The notes under the pieces are model-generated. The model did no database searches. It was not told the origin of the DNA and was given only the letters and a program-made list of their open reading frames with translations. A DNA stretch of 32,000 nt from Clostridiales bacterium (GTDB lineage Bacteria; Bacillota; Clostridia; Oscillospirales; Acutalibacteraceae), in assembly GCA_021200555.1 (NCBI GenBank), contig JAJQGK010000026.1, positions 19,945-51,944 of the forward strand. Direction: 5' to 3'. The position numbers and the translations under genes were made by a program. Numbering within the stretch: position 1 is the stretch's first letter; the number at the start of each line of letters is the position of its first letter. Of this stretch, positions 16,313 to 23,800 are shown piece by piece.

Positions 16313-17296
16313 TCAACGGGCATCACTCCTTTCACGGTTTGAAATCGGTCTTGCAATCCCCAGATAGGACAACAAAAAATCGTTGAAGTCCTTGCCGGCA
16401 GGCGGAGGATCATTAACGATTTGGTAGTCTTTCTGCAACAGTTCTATGAGGGCGGCGGTGCAAAGCCTGCCTGTCTTGTCGTTATCCAGATGCAGAACGA
16501 TAGTCTTTATATGGGGATTTGCGTTTAAAAATATGGTGAGTGCTATGGGGATTTTGCTGTCTTTTATCTCTTTCTTTGGCTGATACACACCCGAAAGAGA
16601 AAGCAGGTTTTCTGATTTATAGTCCTTCCCCTCACACTTTAGATAGGTGGCGTAGGACAATAAATCAATGGCAGCTTCAAATAAATGCACCGAGGGTATG
16701 GGCTTATCTGCCAGAAGTCGGAACGAATACCGCTTGTCGCTGCCCGATGCGTCGCCCTTAAAGGAGCTGCCTATCGTGCTGCGGTAAGCGGCATACTTGG
16801 GCGTTCCGCTTTCGTCCTTGCCGACAAAAACAGCATTGTGGTACTTGGTACTTTCAAAAATCGTACCGTCTGCAATACAATCCTGTATGATAGAAAGGTC
16901 AATCCCACGCCCGAAAAGGTAGTCGGTCACTCGGTTACAATCACGATTTTTCGGTGGCAAAAGCAGCACCTTTGGCTCGTCTTTGGGTACGGAAACGGGC
17001 GGCGGCTTCCAGTCTGCCGTAACACCTGTAAGCATTTCTACGGCTTCTACAAAGCCGTACTCCCTGACCTTAATGAGATAATCAAGGGCAGAAACGCCGC
17101 CGAAACCTCTCGACCACCAGTACCACTTGCCGTTGGAAATCTTCAAGCTGTCGTGTTCTCTGGTACAGTAAACATTGCCTGCCACACGCTTTAAGTTGCT
17201 TGGCTCATACCTTTGCAAGTAAGATAGCAAGTCCATCTGCCGTGCCTGCTCAATCACGGCAGGTTCAAGCTGCACATAGGGTCGGTTACTTCTCAT
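16313..17296 (-). CDS. Toprim-domain primase-like protein (DUF3991 + Toprim)
   Basis: Toprim acidic motifs VHLFEAAIDLLSY and VLHLDNDKTGR. N-terminal KISNGKWYWWSRGFGG. GGAGGTG SD. Confidence 0.82.
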   Translation of the reverse strand: MRSNRPYVQLEPAVIEQARQMDLLSYLQRYEPSNLKRVAGNVYCTREHDSLKISNGKWYWWSRGFGGVSALDYLIKVREYGFVEAVEMLTGVTADWKPPPVSVPKDEPKVLLLPPKNRDCNRVTDYLFGRGIDLSIIQDCIADGTIFESTKYHNAVFVGKDESGTPKYAAYRSTIGSSFKGDASGSDKRYSFRLLADKPIPSVHLFEAAIDLLSYATYLKCEGKDYKSENLLSLSGVYQPKKEIKDSKIPIALTIFLNANPHIKTIVLHLDNDKTGRLCTAALIELLQKDYQIVNDPPPAGKDFNDFLLSYLGIARPISNRERSDAR

Positions 17297-17322
17297 TCAA
17301 TCATCATCACCTCCAGAAATAG

Positions 17323-17362
17323 AAAAAACCGAGGGGCTTTCGATTAAGTGAAAACCTCTCGG
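17323..17362 (-). terminator. Strong rho-independent terminator (minus strand)
   Basis: Minus strand reads CCGAGAGGTTTTC-ACTTAATC-GAAAGCCCCTCGG: a 13-bp stem with one mismatch and one G-U, followed by TTTTTT. It ends only 26 nt before the primase-like gene's ATG. Confidence 0.75.
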
Positions 17363-17368
17363 CTATGT

Positions 17369-17399
17369 AAAAGACGGCATCAGCTTTACGCTTATGCCG
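17369..17399 (-). terminator. Second, weaker terminator-like hairpin in tandem
   Basis: Minus strand reads CGGCAT-(13 nt)-ATGCCG, then TCTTTT. It lies directly after the stop of the 109-aa ORF. Confidence 0.45.
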
Positions 17400-17410
17400 C
17401 CTTTGCTCGG

Positions 17411-17740
17411 TTATAAAATTCCTGCCTTTTTCAGATACCCAACGCTGTCGTAGCAGCCACGGAAGTAAACCGACTGCATTTCCATATCGGTCAGCTTGTT
17501 CTTTAACTCCGTTACTTTGATAACAGCGGCACATTCTTCCTTTGTAAGCTCCGCCGTCCGTTCCGTATCAAACACCCCTAACACTTTCGGGTACTGCTGA
17601 TACAGGCTCTCAATCTCGTCCTGAATGGCTTTGTATTCTTCATTCTCTTTGGAAAGATTGGCAGCAACAGAGCTTAGATATTCGTTGAATATATTGCTGT
17701 GGGTATCTACAAAGGTTTCAAATCTGAACGCTCCAGACAT
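17411..17740 (-). CDS. Hypothetical helical protein (109 aa)
   Basis: GGAGGTG SD 6 nt before the ATG. Predicted helical, E/K-rich. No family recognised with confidence. Confidence 0.65.
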   Translation of the reverse strand: MSGAFRFETFVDTHSNIFNEYLSSVAANLSKENEEYKAIQDEIESLYQQYPKVLGVFDTERTAELTKEECAAVIKVTELKNKLTDMEMQSVYFRGCYDSVGYLKKAGIL

Positions 17741-17774
17741 CGTTTACACCTCCGACTTGTAACTATCTGTCCTT

Positions 17775-17803
17775 ATTATACTGCCCAGAGTGGGGCAATA
17801 CAA
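17775..17803 (-). promoter_or_regulatory. Sigma-70/SigA-type promoter inside the transfer region
   Basis: Minus strand reads TTGTAT-(17 nt)-TATAAT (-35 at 17798-17803, -10 at 17775-17780). It sits in the 77-nt gap after the giant gene's stop, about 35 nt before the ATG at 17740. Confidence 0.6.
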
Positions 17804-17817
17804 ATCTGCAAATGACT

Positions 17818-20800
17818 TTATCGCTCCCGATTTTCACATTTTCTTTCGGGCGGCTCGTCGCTTTGCTCTGGCTCGGCATCAAGTACGGCAGGGTCTTTCT
17901 GGTCTAAATTCAATTCAATATTCAGAGCGTTCAGCCGTTCCGATTTCTCTTTCAGCTCATTTTCAAAGGCAAAGGACTTTTGTACCTCCACCTTTGCGGT
18001 TTCAAACTGTGCGATAGTTTCCGTTCTTTTGGTCTTGGCAGCTTCCAGTCTGGCAGGGAGCTTGGCAAGCTCGTTCTCAATTCGGGTCAGGTTTCCCAGA
18101 GGGTCAGAGCCTAAATCCACCTTATACTTTGCCTTTCCGCAAAGGTTAAGACAGTAATGGGCGTTGACCGTATCATAGAAAACCTCCATTTTGAAGCCAC
18201 GGTAGCTGCCGATTTCGGTAGGTGCGGACAGCGGATATTCCTTACAGATAGCAAGGAGCATTTCGCCTGCGGCTGCCTTTTCGGTGTACTTAATCCCTCG
18301 CAAGGTCATCGGACAGAACTTTTCCTCGCCCTGCGGCTTGTTCTGCTCGGCAAGAACGGTATCCGCTTCATAGCAGACGATACGCTGTTCATACTCCTTA
18401 ATGGTCTGTGGAAAGTATTTGAGTATCCTGTCCTCAAGGTCGTAATGCTCGGAAAGGTAGCTTTGTTTCAGCACTTTGAGCTTGGAAACCTGAATATCCA
18501 AATCCATTTTCTCCTTAAAACGCTCATCGCCTGTGGCAAGCATTTTGACCTCCGCAAAGGACAAAGCAACCTCGTCCACATCTTCGGCAGAACGGACAGG
18601 GCTTTTGCTCGTCATTATCTGGCTGATAAATTTCTGCTTACTCTCCACCAACTGATAGAGGTAGGCATCAAAAGTCTGCTCGGTCACATAGCGGTAAACC
18701 TCAACCTCTGGGAACATATTTCCCTGCCGTTCAATACGCCCTTGCCGCTGTTCAAGGTCAGAGGGTCGCCACGGACAGTCGAGATTGTGAATGGCGATAA
18801 GCCTGTCTTGGACATTCGTGCCTGCACCCATCTTCTGGGTGGAGCCTAACAGCACACGCACTTCGCCGCTTCTAACCTTGCCAAACAGCTCCTTTTTCTG
18901 TGCATCGGTAGTGGCTTCGTGAATAAATCTTATCTGTTCGGCAGGAACGCCACGGGCGATTAGCTTCTCCCGAAAATCGTCATAGACATTGAATGTGCCG
19001 TCATTTTTCGGGGTAGACAGGTCGCAGAAAATAAGCTGCGTTGCCTTTGTGTCGGCGTGTTCCTCCCAGATACGGTACACATTGTCGATACAGGCGTTGA
19101 CCTTGCTGTCTGGGTCATCGGGCAGCATCGGGTCAATCATTCTCTGGTCGAGGGCAAGTTTCCGCCCGTCATTCGTGATTTTAAGCATATTGTCAATGTT
19201 CGGCTCTACAAGCCTTGCCCTGACTTTCTCGGCTCGCTTGGCAAGGGAAGCCACCATTTCGGTCTGTATCTCGCTCGGCTTAGTCTTTACATTGTGGTAA
19301 TTGACCTTTGGCACGGGGAGCTTTAGCATATCGGCGGTCTGTATATCCGCCACCTCACGGAACATCATCATCAGCTCTGGAAGATTGAAAAACTTGGCAA
19401 AACGGGTCTTCGCTCTGTAATTCGTGCCTTCTGGTGCAAGCTCCAGAGCTGTGACCGTTTCGCCAAAAGTGGAAGCCCAACTGTCAAAATGCTGCAAGCC
19501 GTTCTGCATCAGAGTGTCGTACTGCAAGTACCTCTGGACAGAGTATAGCTCCACCATTGAGTTACTGACAGGCGTACCCGTTGCGAATATCGTGCCACGG
19601 TTGCCCGTGATTTCATCCAGATAGCGGCACTTCATAAAGAGGTCGCTTGACTTCTGGGCTTCGGTCTGGGCAATGCCGCCCACATTCCGCATCTTGGTAT
19701 AGAGGTACAAATTCTTGTAAAAATGGCTCTCGTCAATAAAAAGTCGGTCTACGCCGAGCTGTTCAAAGTCGATGACCGAGTCCTTGCGTTTGGTATTATT
19801 GAGCTTGTCGAGCTTCGCCTTTATCCCTTTTCGGGTTTTCATAAGCTGCTTAACCGTGAACTGTTCACCGTGGGATTTCTGTATCTCGTCAATGCCCATC
19901 TCTATATCGTCAAGCTGCCGTTGTAGCTGCTCCCTCTGGCGTTCCATGCTCATCGGGATTTTTTCAAATTGGCTATGCCCGATAATGACCGCATCATAAT
20001 CGCCCGTAGCGATACGGGAGCAGAACTTCTTGCGATTGCCCGTTTCAAAATCCTGCTTCCTTGTCACAAGAATATTGGCACTCGGATAAAGCCGCAGGTA
20101 CTCGGAAGCCCACTGACCGACAAGATGATTTGGCACAACGAACATTGCTTTATTGCATAGTCCGAGCCGCTTGCTTTCCTGTGCGGCGGCGACCATTTCA
20201 AAGGTTTTACCTGCCCCGACCTTGTGGGCAAGGAGCGTATTCCCGCCGTAAAGGATATGGGCAATAGCGTTGACCTGATGGGGTCTTAGAGTAATCTCTG
20301 GGCTGATACCGCCAAAAGAGATATGGCTTCCGTCATACTCACGGGGGCGTACTGAATTAAAAGTATCATTGTAGTACCTGACAAGGCGGTTTCGCCGTTC
20401 TGGGTCTTTCCATATCCAATCCTGAAATGCCTGTTTGATAGTTTCCTGCTTTGCCTGTGCCGCCGTGGTTTCCTTTGCGTTGAACACAGCTTTTTTATTG
20501 CCGTTTTCATCGTACACATAGTCAAAAATACGGGTGTCACGCAGATTTAAGGTGTCCTCAATAATACGATAAGCGGAAGCCCTCTTTGTACCGTAGGTGC
20601 TGTCCGCCTTGACATTTCCGTAATCTGAACTCTTATTCTCAATAAACCAGTCGCCGTTCATCGGGGTGTAGCGTACCTTTAGCCTGCCCATTGCATAGCT
20701 TGACGGGGTTAATAGCTCCACCACAAACCGCTGAATATCCTCCTGCGGTATCCAAGTCGTACCCAGACGGACAGAGATTTCAGCCGCAGACAGGTCTTGC

Positions 20801-23800
20801 GGTATGACCTGCTTTAAGGCTTCCACATTGACCGTAAATTCTGGGTTTTCTTTCGCTGCGGCTTCGGCAGTCAACAGCTTTGTTCTCACATTGCCCGACA
20901 AATACTCATCGGCGGTCACATACCGAGCAGGCTCACTTGCAGGGATACGGAAGATAACGTCCTGTAAGTCCTTAATGATTTCTTCCTGTGTTTTGCCTGT
21001 GAGCTGTTCCATATAGGATAAGTCAACACGGGCTTTCTCTCCGATAGAGAGTGCAAGGGCTTCGCTTGCAGTTTCCACGGAAGTGATTTCACGGTGGGGC
21101 TTTATCGTCCGTTTTGTAAACATATCCGCTTTTCGCTTGAAGTTGCCCTCATCGTCAAGCACCTCCAGAGAACACAAAAGGAAGTAGCTCTCGTCCGATG
21201 CAAAGGCAAGGTAATTTCCTCGGCTGTTGATAAGCCCGTATTTCTGGGCAAAAGCATCATACAGGCGGTTTAAGTTTTCCTGCTCGGTCTGTATCATTTC
21301 CTCTGGGTAGTCCTCGGTCTGATACTCAATGAGCTTTCTCACGCAGTCACGGATTTGGATTAGTCCCTTAATGCGGTTTTCTGCGGTCATAGATGCCGCC
21401 GCAGGGGTCATACGGTCATTTTCTCGGAAGTAAACCTTACCGTCCACCAACGCATACGAGAAATTTCGTACATTCGGGTCGGTAGGAATAGAATTGTCCT
21501 GCTCATCGGAGATTTCATCAATCTCGTTGTCGTACTCAGGGATTTCGCCCTGAATATTCTGGACAGCATTGTGCAACAGCTCCGACAGGGGCGTATCCTG
21601 ATATGCTTTACAGGCAGAGTCAAAGCCAAACCGTGTGCTTTCCATTTTCATCTCGCCCAAAATCATTTCAGGGTGCTGCACAAAATAGCTGTTCATCCTG
21701 ATCCCGTTCTCATCAGTATCAAGGTGTACCCAGTCAGGCTCTATATCGCTAATGCGGTCACGCTTCTGCAAAAAAAGAATATCACTTGTGACCTCCGTGC
21801 CTGCATTTGCCCTGAATGTGTTGTCGGGCAGTCGAATTGCTCCAAGCAGCTCAGCTCTCTGGGCGATATACTTCCGCACCTCTGGGCTTGCTTTGTCCAT
21901 TGTACCCTTAGAGGTAATGAATGCCACCACGCCGCCTTTGCGTACTTTATCCAGAGCCTTTGCAAAGAAATAGTCGTGGATGAGGAATTTCTGGGCATTG
22001 TAGCGGATGTCATTGACCTTAAAATCTCCAAACGGCACATTGCCGATAACCACATCAAAATGGTCGTCAGGGAGCTGTGTTTTCTCAAAGCCCTCTATGG
22101 CAATATTTGCTTTCTGGTAGAGCTGCCTTGCAATCCTGCCTGTGAGTTCGTCGATTTCCACGCCGTGGAGCTTGCTGCCTGCCATACTGTCGGGAAGCAG
22201 ACCGAAAAAATTTCCTATGCCGCAGGACGGCTCCAAGAAGCTGCCCTCGGAAAATCCCAGACGATCAAGGGCTTCATACATTCCCTTAATCACAACAGGC
22301 GGCGTATAGAACGCCGTCAGGGTGGATTCCATCGCCGCACGGTATTCCTCTGGCGACAGGCTTGCGTATAGCTCCTGAAACTCGTTTGCCCACGCTGCGT
22401 TATTCTCATCAAACGCCATTGACAGACCGCCCCAACCAACATACTTGGAAAGGGTTTCCTGTTCTTCAGGTGTGGCAAGGCGGTTTTCAATCTCCAGTTC
22501 GTGCAAAAGGTTGATTGCCTCCATGTTGCCCCTGAATTTTTCTTTTGCGCCGCCTATACCTAAAGTATCCTCAGAAATGCGGTAGTTGTGTCGTAAAGCA
22601 GAGGGAACGGCAGGCGTTTTATCCTTTTCTTCTGGTAGTAATTCTGGCTCGTCAAAGCGTATTTTCTCGACAACAATATCATAGGGAAGTCCGTTTTCCT
22701 CGGCGGAGTATTGCTCCACCGTTTCCGTAGATGCCTGTACGCCTGCTGCGGGCTGGTTTTTCCCCTGCTCCAGAAGGCTTCGAATATAGCCGATTTTCTC
22801 CACACGGTTGATAGGGAAACCTACGCCATCCTTAAAAGTAATGTCACGCATCGACACATCGCCGCTGACTTTCCCAACGCTTTCAATGAGATAGCGGCGG
22901 TTGTCTACGACGATTTCCTTGCCGATAAGGTCAGAAGTGTCCTGTTCAGCAGGCTCTAAACCTTGCTTTGCCCGTTCCACATAAAGCCATTCCGCAGCCT
23001 CTTTATCGGCAACCTCTTTTTTGACCACCGCAAGTCCTGTTTCGGCTTCTTCCTCTGTAGGATAGGTCAGTACCTTGTCGTAGCTGTCAGCGTAGTATTC
23101 CTCTCGGATATTATCCCAGATAGCAAAGGCATCTTCGGGGTCTGGGAACGCATCGGAAGTCATAACGACCTCAAAGCGTTCTTCTGGCGGCTCGTTTTCG
23201 CTTTCTGCGGCTGCCTTTTCCACATAAGCAATCATTTCGTCTACCGCAGACGATTTTTCCTCGACAGGAGCAAACCATTCCTTTTCAAAGGACATTATCT
23301 CGTCAAAGAGTTGTCTGTCCTCTGGGGTCAGGTCTTTGTGCTGCTCCAGATAGGGGATAAACACATCCCGTCCCCACCGCAGGCTTTCCATCTTTTCACG
23401 GTAATAATCCTCGCCCTGCCGTTTCCATTCTGGGATAAATGGACAGTTCGGGGAGAGGGAATATTCATAAAAGTTTTTGATGTGGGCAATTAGGTCGCCC
23501 TCTCCGTCGCCAATGTCAAAACGTCCTTCATAGGTGTGTTCTTCTCCGCTGATAACTGTCCTGATGGTAAAATCTGTCTTATGATACCAACCGACATTAT
23601 CATCGCCCTCACGCTCACGGTGCTGCTTTTCGTCCAGAACGCCGAGAAGGTAATTTCCGAGGGCGAAGCTTATATCGGTATAGCGGTCATTAAACTGCCT
23701 GTCATAAAAGGCAGGATGTTCAGAAAAACCAATAGAAAAGCTGATGCTGTCTGGCTTTTGTTCAGAAAGTGTTTCCGATTTCTGTTTCTCGGTCACAACA

